A stretch of 64,000 nucleotides of DNA. Source: Spirogloea muscicola (taxonomy: Eukaryota). Positions 13,005-24,029 of the stretch are shown here, in pieces. Positions within the stretch are counted from its first letter, which is position 1. Each line of letters begins with the position of its first letter. The DNA lies in contig WELB01000013.1 of NCBI GenBank assembly GCA_009602725.1, positions 421,380 through 485,379 on the forward strand, in the 5' to 3' direction. The notes beneath the pieces are model-generated. The model did not search any database. It had not been told where the DNA came from and saw nothing but the letters and a program-made list of their open reading frames with translations. The translations under genes and the position numbers were made by a program.

Positions 13005-13655
13005 ATGAATTGGCCTCCCTTTCAATTAAATTCACTATAGATGTCAATTCATGCGCTCCGCGTGCCTTCTCTCCCTGGAACAAAATCGGGGTTGAATCAG
13101 GCACCCTACTCAGTTCTTGCGCACCTTGCGCGCCTTCTCCCTTCTACTCAATAGAATGCGGGGAACAGCTTGCTGAAGACAGCTCTTCCACGCCACGGCC
13201 ATGGCTGTGAGACGAAGTGGCCCTCCCAATGGGGGCAAGGGCTGTGAGAAGCCAGCCCGAAAAGAGTTGACAGGGTTCGAAGGCGCCAAACTACGAAGAG
13301 GCCAGAAGCGCTATCTCAAAAGGGCTGTGAGAGGCCAGCCCAGAGGAATGGACAAGGTCTTGAAGGGCCGGATGGCACAAAAAGCAGGAAACATGTCGTT
13401 AAGACGTCAGCAAGTGGTCGCTCAATGACCTCTAGTCAGTAAGTGCAAGTCAGATGAACGAGAGGGCGGAAAAGTGTCGCCCTGACGGAATGCGGAGGCA
13501 GCAGCCAAGGCGCGGCCTGCACGCAAGTGGACGGCAAAGGCGAGGGACCGCTGCAGGGAGATTGCTAGGCGCATCCTGTACATTTGAGCAAGCGACCCGA
13601 ATGGGCTGGATGGCGCAAAAAGCAGGTGTAGTACTAGTCTCCAAGACGTCAGCAA
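13005..13655. mobile_element. Cluster of CRE-like retroelement 3' fragments: family G on the minus strand with a nested family A piece, family H ends on the plus strand
   Basis: Minus-strand RMRLAISLQRSLAFAVHLRAGRALAAASAFRQGDTFPPSRSSDLHLLTRGH* followed by 3'UTR hairpins; 10-bp direct repeat ggctgtgaga at 13203 and 13323. Confidence 0.85.
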
Positions 13656-14455
13656 TTGCGCTCTTTGAATACAGCGCTTCTATGCTCTGCTATCCATCAG
13701 CGTGCTGGGCCCTTTAAGAAAGGCCGCCGGCTTCAGTCGGCTCCCCATGCAAGCCTGTCGGATATGGATTTGCTCACCTGTGGGTACTTATATCGCGCTG
13801 TTACCTCAGCCACCTTGGTATAGTGCTTTGATCTATGAAGCCAGCAATGCTGCACTAGCTTTTGCCTGAACAGCGAGTAGCGATGTTGTCCACCCTTTTG
13901 CTTCATGCACGCAGCGCATCTTCTGTCCCGGGCACCTTCGTGGGAGGCCACATAGCCCGTCTCGGCCCGTCTCGCCAGTGGGGACAAGGGGCTTCTCTCC
14001 CACTGAAGAGCACATTGACTTCCTGCGGCTCCCTTTCATCTCGTGCACACTGCGCGCGTTTCCTCCCACTGAAGTCCCGCCATTCCCCCCAGCTTTGTCG
14101 GTGCCTCCAAGGCCCCACTGCATGCGCTGCTGTTCGACACGGTCTTGCGGCCATTCCCGCCTGGCCCCGGGCAGCCTGGTCATCGCCGCGGCGTTCCGTT
14201 CCCCCCCGTCCCACCCCATCAGGCGCTGGCAAGTACCTGCCGTCTCTCCTTTGGTGGTGAGCTCGCATCCTTCTCCGCTCAGAGAAAGTCCAAAAGGCCC
14301 GCCTCTTAAGGCTTCCCACTATCTTGCCAGCCCCACCTCAGCGCCCGACCAGAACACTGGGACAACACTCCTCAGCCCCAAGCCAACAACCCCTGCCTCC
14401 AATGTAAGGGCACAGCCCAGCCTAGGCCGTCAGTCACACATTTGCTTGCCTACTG

Positions 14456-17400
14456 CTAAAAGAGGACATCATTGCGCACCCGCCGCTTCGGCGGCTTCTT
14501 TGGCTCTTGCTGCTTCTGCAGGTCCATAAACTCTGCACCCCTGTTTGCAAACATTCGCCGAAGGTTGATCACTGACAGCTCCGTGAAGCTGCTCACCGCC
14601 AGGTCCGCCTGCGTCAGCTCGTATCTGCACGCAGCCACAAGCACACAACAAACACTTGTTCGCAATCAGACTCATCCACAAAATCCTCTGATTGTAGACG
14701 GTCGACAGCAGCTTGTCAAGTCTACAACAATCACTTGCCTGTGATCAGCGCAATAGTGCATCCTTTCCACCAAGACACTCTATAGGCAACCGTCCACCAA
14801 CAAGTCCACGGCAAGCTATAGGAAACTTACGCTCGGTGCGGGCCTATGAGTGCCACAGCCTTCATTGAGCAGTTGTGCGCAGCAGTAATGGCTCGAGGGT
14901 CATCCTCAAACACCACGCACTTAGCTGGCGGCCTGTCCAACTGCAACCCACCAGTGCTTCTCAGATTTGAACAGGATCACATTCAACTGCTCACATCTGG
15001 AAGAGGTAGAACGAGCACAGCTGACTCTGTGAGGACCATTTAGACTGCACAGACACATAGTAAGGCACCAAAAGGCTCGCAGGGCTTCAAGGTTGTGAAC
15101 ATGGGGTGGACACTCGATTTGAATTCATCACTTTCGGATCCCAGCCAATTCATCAACTACAGCAGAAAAGTCCAAGTTCTGATACTTTAGTACATAGATG
15201 GCAAATAAGCAGAGAACCTTCACGGCAGCAGAAAGAAAACGGTGGGCGATGGACTCCATGCCATCCTCCTCCGTAACCACAGCCTGAAAGCCAATAACGG
15301 GGCATGTCATGGTCACCTTCTGGCAGATGTAGAAAGTGCCCTAAGCATATGGGCTACCTTGGATAGCACAGGCATCAGTGATGCTGAGCTCGTACAATGC
15401 ATAAGAAGCTCATGCCAGTGTACCAGTCACTTGACAGGTCGTGCTCTCTTACCCGAAAATGCTTGCGAAGACCTATTCTATCTAGGGCACCCATGAGAGA
15501 GATGCGGTCCATGGAGCTCGCAACTGCGCACGGAACTCCTGCAGTGCTCAGGGCTTCTAGCCACTCCTTAACACCTTCCATTGGAACTCGCACCTGCAGC
15601 AAAAGAACCGCCCCAAATAATGCTCGTAAGCATAAGTATTAGGCTGCCCCTAGGTAAGGATGCCCTAGATTGTTCAGCACCTGCACCAGCACAAGAGAAG
15701 CACCATGCCGAATGCTGGCAGGGGCAAGACAAACCTACAGACATTGTCTGTAAATGGAGTTGTAGTAACCTTAGCAAATTCTTCGCAGTAGAGCTCTGCT
15801 AAACGAGCTGTCAACCGCTGAGCTTCTGATCTATTCTGTGTCCACGCTAATAGCTGCAGAGAAGATGGCAAAACCCATGAGAATCTGACATCAATAAGGC
15901 AAGCTTTGAACAATTCATTTATTTCCAAGAACCAAGGTACAGAATCTTGTGACAGAGAGTATCACCTTCCTACACAGTATAATGTGGTGCAGCAATGACA
16001 TCCTCGTGCTTACCTGTTGAACGGCTCGCTCTGGCCCCATGCTATGGAGTTGGCGGATAACTTCTTGCTTCTCAGGGAAAGGTCTGCCTGATCCAATTCA
16101 AAGAGAGTGCACAAAACCATCTGGAGTTGCTGTGTATAAGAGAGTATCACAACTCTGACGGCCTTGAAAGCTGGAAGGGCACGAAAACATACTCATCGTG
16201 CGCTATGATCCTCAAGGCAACCAGGACCATGCAGTGACATACCTTCCTCAACTGCCAGCCTTTTCCAGGCTTCCATTCGCAGAGCTTGTGTGTCAGCCTG
16301 CAAGAAAACCCAGCAACAAAGCTGACAGCCTGCAATGTTCAATTACTAGGTGGTTAGATGGGAAGCACCTCTTCTTAGGGGATAATATTCACTACAAACA
16401 AACAACATCACATCTGCTGCCAGGAGAAAGGGCTACCAGCATGAGCAGCCCACCAGCACGTTATCCCATGAGTAGATTAAGCCGAATGCTTCATCGGGCT
16501 TCATAGCATAACGAATCCTCTCAAGGCCCCGTTCTTTCATTCGGTCATTAAGAAAGTCCTGCACACAGTTGCAAGATGGGCCACCTCAAAGACGCCATAC
16601 TTGCATAGTGATGCAAAAGGCGAGCAAGCACTGCACAGCAGTTGTGAAAGAGATACAACATCTTCTTATGACAGTGATAAAACATCTTCATACATCACAG
16701 TAAGAGATGGTGAAGATCTGAACAGCACTCTACGGTCGTCAGAGATGTTGGGGCACGCACTACATCAACATGCAGAGGCCCTGTTGGTCTGAAGGTCGCG
16801 AAGCCTTCTCCATGTTCAGCACCAATTTCCTGAAGACAGAAGAGACTCAGAACCTGCTTTGACACTTGCACAAGTAGCCAGCGCGACGGTGCTTATCGTC
16901 AACTACGAATGACGCCGGAGCTCTAAGAAAATATTATACTGATAGGACCTGTACTCACAATCTCAACGGATTGTGGTGGACACCAGTAGTTGTCAAGCAG
17001 CAGAGTCAGGAAACGCTCAACAGAGCTCACAACTTCGTACTACAGAACCGGAAAACCTCACCTCCTTGGCGAAAAGGTCGCCTCCACGCCTCGCCAAGGA
17101 GCTGAAGCTTCTCAATTCTCCAGCCTCATCGCCGTTGGATGCTCCAGAAGTACTGCCGACCGCTTGCACACAGCTGGTCTGGCTGTGACAACGTAGCCTC
17201 TGCACGAGGTAAAAAGAGAAGCGTCAGCTGCAGCTGCGCTCAATGATTCACAATGTTACATGCACTTCTAATTGAGCAACTGCCAGTCACTGCTCAGAAG
17301 TCATGCAGTGCTGCCCTGAAAATGAGCGTAGACGCGTGCACAACAGCTCGAGCATGAAGCTCAAAGCTGGTGATTGCAATCTTACACAGAGACGACGTTG

Positions 17401-17580
17401 AGTAGGTGCGCAAGGTAGCGGCCGCCGCCTGGCTCTCCCGCCGCGACCAGGCGGTGCATGCGCGGCCAAGCACAGATCCGGCTCAGAACGCAGCGGCAAA
17501 GCCCGTGGCGGCTCCGGCGTCCCTGCCGGCGCTTGCAGCAGCAATGGCGGCGGCGGCGGCGTGGCCAAGCCGCACAGCAT
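14456..17580 (-). CDS. HAD-superfamily hydrolase, plastid-type (5-amino-6-(5-phospho-D-ribitylamino)uracil phosphatase-like)
   Basis: EGVKEWLEALSTAGVPCAVASSMDR, VVTEEDGMESIAHRFLSAAVK, LDRPPAKCVVFEDDPRAITAAHNCSMKAVALIG, YELTQADLAVSSFTELSVINLRRMFAN. The start at 17580 is inferred. Confidence 0.88.
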
Positions 17581-17731
17581 CCCGTCGGCGCCGCCGCAGA
17601 GTGCGCGAGAGCCGCGCGCGGCGTGCGGCGTCCTGCGCGGTGAAGGGGGAGAAGGTGCAAAACGGCGACCGAGCTGAGCCAATGAGCTGTTCCAGTTAAC
17701 GGGGACCAAAAACGGCCCGAAGGAGCCGGGA

Positions 17732-17745
17732 CCCTAAACCCTAAA
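17732..17745 (+). promoter_or_regulatory. Two plant telomere repeats (CCCTAAA)2, telo-box-like
   Basis: ccctaaaccctaaa about 150 nt upstream of the HAD start. Confidence 0.5.
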
Positions 17746-17889
17746 CTGCTCAACAGGGTATATTGAGCACCCAGTGGCCACATGAGTCGCTGCGTGCTTT
17801 AGCGCTTTTCGGTTGGCTACAAGGCACCCGAGCGGCGAGGCGTACCATATGGAGAGTGGCTCTCCCAATGAAAATGTCGAGTATTTGAA

Positions 17890-18260
17890 ACAAACGAAGG
17901 CCAAATGGCCAAGTACAATGGTAAGCACATCTTAAGACCTCCATAACCTACAGTAGATTGACCCGCTCAGTAACCACGGGTCAAAATATTAAGGTCGTTA
18001 ACCAATGCCTGAATACTAGATGGCAGATACGAAGCCCCTCTGCCACCAACTAGAGCTCGCCCAGCTTTCTGGTGCAAAGCATTAGCCTGAGCACGCTGCA
18101 AACAGGCCAAAACTCGTCGTCGAAATGGGGGCAAGGGCTATGAAAAGCCAGCCCGAAAAAATTGACAAAGGTTTGAAGGGGCCAAATGATGTGAGAGGCC
18201 AGCCCACGAGGAATGGAACCATCAACCTGAAAGCGCACTACCAATAAGCAAAATCAAGCG
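17890..18260 (-). mobile_element. Degenerate family D and A/G-type CRE-like 3' fragments
   Basis: Similar to 47400-47600 and 48038-48185 (gacccgctcagtaaccacg...aggtcgt...gaatact) and to the gccagcccgaaaa hairpin module. Confidence 0.65.
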
Positions 18261-18280
18261 GCTACGACGGATGGCCACTC

Positions 18281-20110
18281 AAAAAGAAGAAAAGCGCGGC
18301 CAGATTGACTGGTGGCTGGGAAGGGCCAGCCCAAAGAAGAAGTGGCTCTCCCAATGGGGGCAAGGGCTGTGAGAAGCCAGCCCGAAAAGCATTGACAAGG
18401 TTCGAAGGGGCCAAACTACGAGCTAAGCAGCGACTGTGGGGCCTGAAGAGGCTATGGCAGAAGGGGGGAGGATGGACCACTCAGTAGTTACGAGTAAGGA
18501 GCCTCACATCCGACAGACTAGCTGCCGGAAAATTATCCCCCTGATGAAAGCCGGAGGCCGCAGCGAGAGCACGGCCAGCACGCAGATGCAAGGCGTGGGC
18601 CATGGACTGCTGGAGGGAGACGGACAAGCGCATACGATACACCTGAGCCCACGAGCCAGCGGCGTTGAAGTCAGCCGGCTCACCCCGCCTGCGGGACACA
18701 GCGCGCCGTGCAAGCCTGGCCAACAGGTCGAGCCAGTGGGATCCGAGAGCCCCGTGCACGTCCACAGCCAGAGGGACGAACTCATCGGCAGCCGGGTGAA
18801 GGAATGGACAAGGTCTGAAGGAGCCGGAGTGCTAAAGACTAAGACAGCAGCAAAGGGGACTTTCAGTAACCTCGAGTCAGTAGATGCAAGTCGGAATAGC
18901 TAGCAGGCGGATAGACGTCGCCCTGATGGAAGCCGGAGGCCGCCACCAAAGCGCGGCCTGCACGCAAGTGAACTGCGAAGGCAAGGGACCGCTGCAAAGA
19001 GATGGTCAAGCGCCTCTGGACGATTTAAGCGAGGGGCCCGGCGACATTGAAGCCAGGCTGCTCGCCCCGCTGCCCATGGCGGCGGGCCACTGCTCGCCGC
19101 GCAAGGCAGTAAAGCAGGTCAAGCCATTTTTTGCCAAAGGCCCCGTGTACGTCGACGGCAAGTGGGACAAACTCGTCGCCCACTGGGTGATCCGAGTGTT
19201 TCCGTTCGTTTGCGCTCGCCGCTTGGCGGACTGCGTTGCCTGCCTCCTCCGACGAGCGTTTGGCGCTCCTGGAGTCAAAGCAGTCAGTTGTGACAACGTC
19301 GGCAATGAGCCGAGGCCACCCGCCGAGCGCGCTGGCGACGAGATCGGCGCGCCGGGTGTGGAGGCGGCGATCCGCCCCAGCGGTCAGAGGCATGATGCTG
19401 GAATTCTCGAGCGCCACTGTGTAACCGGCCTCGATAAGAACGCCGAACATGGCATTCCGGAGCAGGTCGTGTGTGCCGGTCCGCTCTCCGCCCCGTGCGC
19501 ACCTGAGCATATGAGCTGCCAACGATGCCGCGTCTGGGCTGCGCTCGCCGCACTCGCACTGCTGTATACCACTTAGGCAGGGTGGGTGGAGGCCGAGTAG
19601 GCGGCGCACAACCGTGCGGAATGCGTCGTCCAGCATCCGGAGTGCGTCGTGGATCGGCAGGGCAGACAACCAAGCTGCCGCCCCTGGTGAGGATGCCGAG
19701 AGCAGCCGCGCGCGCCCCCGGAGGTCGTTCGGAGGCAAAAGCCCCACCGCCGTGGTGAAGGAGGCCGCATCTACCTCCGCCATGAACCGAGCTTGGGCCC
19801 GGAGGTCGGCCGTGCGTGCGAGGTGCGCGAACGGGACGGTCCGTGGCACCAGGGCGGGGTGATCCGCAAGCAGCGCGTCCCGGGCGGAGCGGAGAGCACG
19901 TCTGGAATGGCAACGTGCCCGTCTTCACGTCCGCTGCCGCCTGCTCCAGGAGGCGACCCCATGCCAGATGAAACGCTGGGCCACCGAAGCCGCAACCTGC
20001 GCCCAACTCCCTAGGTGTGCTGCCCGGCAGGCACGAGCCAGCGGACGGCAGCCCAGACCCCCGCGGCTCACAGGCAGGGAGGGTTGGTGAACTGCAGCCG
20101 GCGTCTCCAG
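18281..20110 (-). mobile_element. 5'-truncated CRE-clade-like non-LTR retrotransposon (family B), coding remnant 20110-18863, interrupted by a nested family A copy
   Basis: SLPVSRGGLG (post-RT motif), LLSASSPGAAAWLSALP, CECG..AHMLRC zinc knuckle, THD..E..RRAD..ADV restriction-like endonuclease motifs, FVPLAVDVHGAFG. Frameshifts and a premature stop at 19025. Confidence 0.88.
18335..18797 (-). mobile_element. Family A CRE-like 3' fragment nested in the 3'UTR of family B
   Basis: HPAADEFVPLAVDVHGALG...SLSDVRLLTRNY*, 3'UTR and cttctt tail; near-identical to 50229-50690. Family B sequence resumes on both sides. Confidence 0.88.
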
Positions 20111-20220
20111 GAAGGACCGGGTGTTGGACCAGGGCCGCTGTGCTGGCCAGGATACCTGCATCGAAATTTGCATAGGCGGCCTTTGCCCAGGGTAACCCCT
20201 TTAGCAGGGGTTACTAAGTA

Positions 20221-21112
20221 ATGAACAAAGGACGAGAAGGGGCCAGGGGAAGTACGAAGAACAACAAGCACAGAAAAGAAACGAAGCAGCTACGAAGCAC
20301 TCAGAAACCCCTGCTAAGCAGCCTCAGGTCAGAGAGAGTGGCTGGAAGCGGTTCCTGGAAGCGGGTCCCCTGGCCAGAGCCAGAGGCAGCAGCGAGGGCT
20401 CTGCCTGCACGCAGGTGCAGCGCGCGGGCCATAGACCTCTGCAGCGAGACGGCCAAGCGTGGCTGCTTTGTTTCTTGTTGTGCTTGTTTTTCTTAGCGCT
20501 TCCCCTGGCCCCCTTCTCGTACTTTGTTCCTTCTTTTCTTTGGGCTGGCTTTTCCAGCCCTATCCTCAATGGGCGAGCCCTTTCTTCTTCTTTCTTCTTC
20601 TTTCGTCAATTCTTTTCGGGCTGGCTTCTCACAGCCCTTGCCCCCTTTGGGAGAGCCACTTCTTCTTTCTTCTTGCCCAACGCCCAACCATCTAGCAGTG
20701 CCTGCTCAGATGGCGGGCGAGCGCCACGAAAGAAGTGGCTCTCCCAATGGGGGCAAGGGCTGTGAAAAGCCAGCCCGAAAAGAATTGACAAAGATTCGGA
20801 GGGGCCACAATGACGGAGGGGCCTGAAAATGCTATGCCAGATCGGGTGGAGGATGGACCACTCAGTAGCTACGATTGAGGAGCCTCAAATCCGACAGACT
20901 AGCTGCCGGCAAATAATCCACCTGACGAAAGCCAGAGGCCGCAGCGAGAGCACGGCCAGCACGCAGATGCAAGCCGTGGGCCAAGGACCGCTGGAGGGAG
21001 ACTGACGAACGCTTGCGATATACCTGGGCCCACGAGCCAGCGGCGTTGAAGTCAGCCGGCTCACTTCGCCTGCGGGACACAGCGCGCCACGAATGAAGTG
21101 GCACTCCCACGG
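20221..21112. mobile_element. Stacked CRE-like 3' fragments: C(-) 20221-20460, C(+) 20463-20600, A(+) 20601-20672, A(-) 20729-21092
   Basis: Coding ends LQRS..RALHLRAGRALAAASG, hairpins gggctggcttttccagccc (20542-20560) and gggctggcttctcacagccc (20618-20637), (CTT)n tails. Confidence 0.88.
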
Positions 21113-21302
21113 AAGGGCCGTCAGGAGCGCCTGGGGTTGGCCAAGGCGGGGAGTCTGGGAACGTCGCGCCCATCACATCGGAGCCACTGCAGCCATCGCT
21201 TGCCGCGGGGCGCCGACGGGGACGCCAAGGCCCCGCGGCGCGCGTCGCGGAGCTCGCCGCCGGGAGTCGCGGCGGCCGCCACGGCGTAGGCGCCGCCGGA
21301 CC

Positions 21303-21308
21303 ATGAGN

Positions 21309-21339
<31 letters not shown>

Positions 21340-23763
21340 CGGCGGCTGCGGCGGCGGCGGCGGCAGCGGAGGCAGCGGCGGCGGCGGAGGCCGATACCGG
21401 CGGAAGCGGCGGCGTTGGCGGCGAGGTGGTGGTGCGCGTCGGCAAGGCGCGCGCGCGCTATGTCGTCGACGCCGAGCTGCTGCAGGCGTCGCTCTACTTC
21501 CGCGCGCTGCTCAGGTCCGGCGCCGCCTCGTCCGACTGCCTCAGCGTGGCTTGCTGAAGCAATACTCTGACTTCCCTTCTGACTTGTCATGGGTTCGCGT
21601 CACGTTTCCTCCACTTTCTGCTTCGTTTCACTTTTCACGAACCAACGGAACCTGGGGGCGTAGTGCAATCAGTAGAGCTCGTCCTTTGCGCCTGACAGCA
21701 GCTCAAAGCGAGAAAGGAAGACATGATGAATCTTGACAATTCATATACACAAGTGTATAATATACAGCAGAGGATATACAACTGTACAACACATAGCAGA
21801 GGAAGCACATACATTGTTGCTACACGTCTTGAGTCCCACTATGATTACGACGGCTGCGGAAGCTCCGCCATTAAGCGGCCTGGCGAGGCGTGGCGAGCCG
21901 ATGATGACGCGCATGCAAGTGCCGCTTGGTCGACGTATCTCCAGCAAGCGATGGAACGACGCCGCTGAGGACGGCGGCGGTGGCAAGGACGGGGCCAGCA
22001 GCGGCGGAGCTGGCGCAGAGACGGCGGCAGCAATGGAGGTGACGCTGGACTGCGACGAGGTGGTATTCGACCACGTCCTCCGGCTTCTTCGCTACCGCAG
22101 CCTTCAGGTGCGCACCACGGCTGGTGCCGACTGCATCGGCTCTCAGCTCTGCGTGCCCATGCGGCATTGCCCAACCTCCTGGGCCCCCGCTCAGTGCAGC
22201 TTCCTGGGCCATTGTGTGCTGTTTCTGTTGCTTATCGTCCTTCCAGCTTAGCTCGACTGATGAGCTAGCAGGCCCACGTTCTGCTTGACAAATGCCTTGC
22301 CGCCCTCAACTTGCCGCCTCCTCGTCTGCCCTGTCCTCCCACGCCCTTTCTCAGTCACTGCTAGTTGCTGGCAGAAGCCTTAGCACCTGCTTGGAAACGA
22401 TAGTGGTGTGGGCCCCCTGACACAGAAATTGCAAGCTTACTTACAATTCTCCACGAGCTGCAGCATTGCACAATCTGATACTGTCTGCATGCCACTAATG
22501 GATTTGGCTATGTGCTCATCATGCTGCTAATAGAAGCTGCCAGCGCTGACCAAGGAGGAGGTCTTCTGCCTCACCAAGGAGTTGGACTTTCTTGGCATTG
22601 ATGTTGATGGCCCAACATTTGCTGCAGCCACTGGGGTGACTGTGCAGGTGCGTCATTTCCAATGAGCCCCTGATGCTGAAAGTCATGGCCTGGTTTCTGG
22701 AGCCAGATTGACTCTTCTGTCGTCCACAAGCCAAGTGCTGTCAGCTATATTGTCCCTCCAGGTCCAAGACTTATCCTAGTATGTGATCCTTGATTATTTC
22801 AGGAACTTTCAGTGGACGCCTTGCAGCTTCCAAGCGACTTGGCGGACCCCACCATGCTCGTCAGCATAAGGTCCTGTTGTCATCTCGATGGTATCAGTGC
22901 AACATTCATGATCGCCTCGTGCAGTCTAATGCCAAGTTCTTTACACATGGCTGAACTCTGTCACTGTGATTCAAACCCTGGCTGATATTTTCTCATCCTT
23001 TACCGTGTGAGGTCAGGGACGACGATGCAGAGTACTGCAACAAGGCTGACAACAATGGCGTGAAAGTGAGCCTGCATCACTGCTACGCTTTCTGCTCGTG
23101 CCCAGAGAACTGCCTGTCAGAGCCCCGAAAGGCGCCACTGCTCACCAAGATTGTGCTGGAGGCACTGGCCGACTTTGACGAGCAGCACCATGAGCACTGT
23201 GAATGGGCATCTGAGATCCTGAACTCTGTCGCCGGGTAAGTTTCCACCAGGCAAAAGTGCTCCTCAGCCCGTACATGTGATTACCACGCCCATGTGCTTG
23301 TTCTCTAGGCTGAAAGGGAGCCTCTAATCTCAGGAGAGCTGTGAAACCTTGTTCTACTGCAGAGATGGGTATTCTGTTTGGCAAGACTGTCCCTCGCTGC
23401 TTGTCACTGTCCCAGGTATGTTGTTGTGACCGGCATGTTGTCCCAGTCTCTTGACTTTATCTCACTCAGAGGGATCTATGTTGACAAGAAAGGTCCCTAT
23501 TATACTGTAGGTTGAGTGCCATATTAAGCTGGTCTCACTGTTGAACTCATATAGCATGTGTGTGCACTCCCTTGCCAGTTCCAGGGCTCTACTGCCCATC
23601 CTGTCTGAGCCCAAGCGCCAACTGGGCGCTCAATCTAAGCTGGCGTCATGCATTCTGCTCCAATTGCAAAGCTCGCCTTCTTGAGGACAAAGCATTGCCG
23701 CGACTCACGCTTGCTGCTGTGGCCAGGGCGAGGGCATGTATATCAGAGCAAATGGCCAAATAA
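21303..23763 (+). CDS. BTB/POZ-domain-like protein with a Cys-rich C-terminal region; the 5' end overlaps an assembly gap
   Basis: EVVVRVGKARARYVVDAELLQASLYFRALL, EVTLDCDEVVFDHVLRLLRY and LTKELDFLGI resemble a BTB (T1-type) fold. Later exons carry CPSC..HAFCSNC. Exon joins are uncertain. Confidence 0.65.
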
Positions 23764-24029
23764 AGACATCACAGGAGTAGGTGCCATGTTCTAGACTTGT
23801 AAGGTTTCCATCTTGCAACTAGAACCGTAACATCAAAGCCTTTACAGCTGATTTCATTGGTCTGTGTTAGTCACAGCACTACTAGTACAACGTGCAGTAC
23901 AATTTTGTCATGTCCATGTGGACACAAATTCTGTAGACAGCTCTGATTCATGCCAAGACTATAAGAGTCAGAGTAACAACATGAAGATAGCAGGAAGGCC
24001 TGGAAGGCAGGCTTTGAGCGGCCGCCTTA

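Noticed and set aside
18399..18412. tRNA T-loop / B-box-like GGTTCGAA in family A
   Set aside because: No cloverleaf or A-box, and it lies antisense within the element 3'UTR.
18281..20110. Autonomous or domesticated retroelement gene; 5' ribozyme
   Set aside because: All copies are 5'-truncated with no RT catalytic core and carry stops or frameshifts. No hammerhead or HDV core was recognised.
20542..20560. Histone mRNA stem-loop or Helitron terminal hairpin
   Set aside because: Stem and loop do not fit the 6-bp/4-nt histone consensus, there is no CTRR end, and the hairpin follows a non-LTR ORF stop codon.
21308..21339. Poly(T) as a retrocopy tail
   Set aside because: It directly abuts an N gap in a GC-rich exon and is probably a sequencing or assembly artefact.
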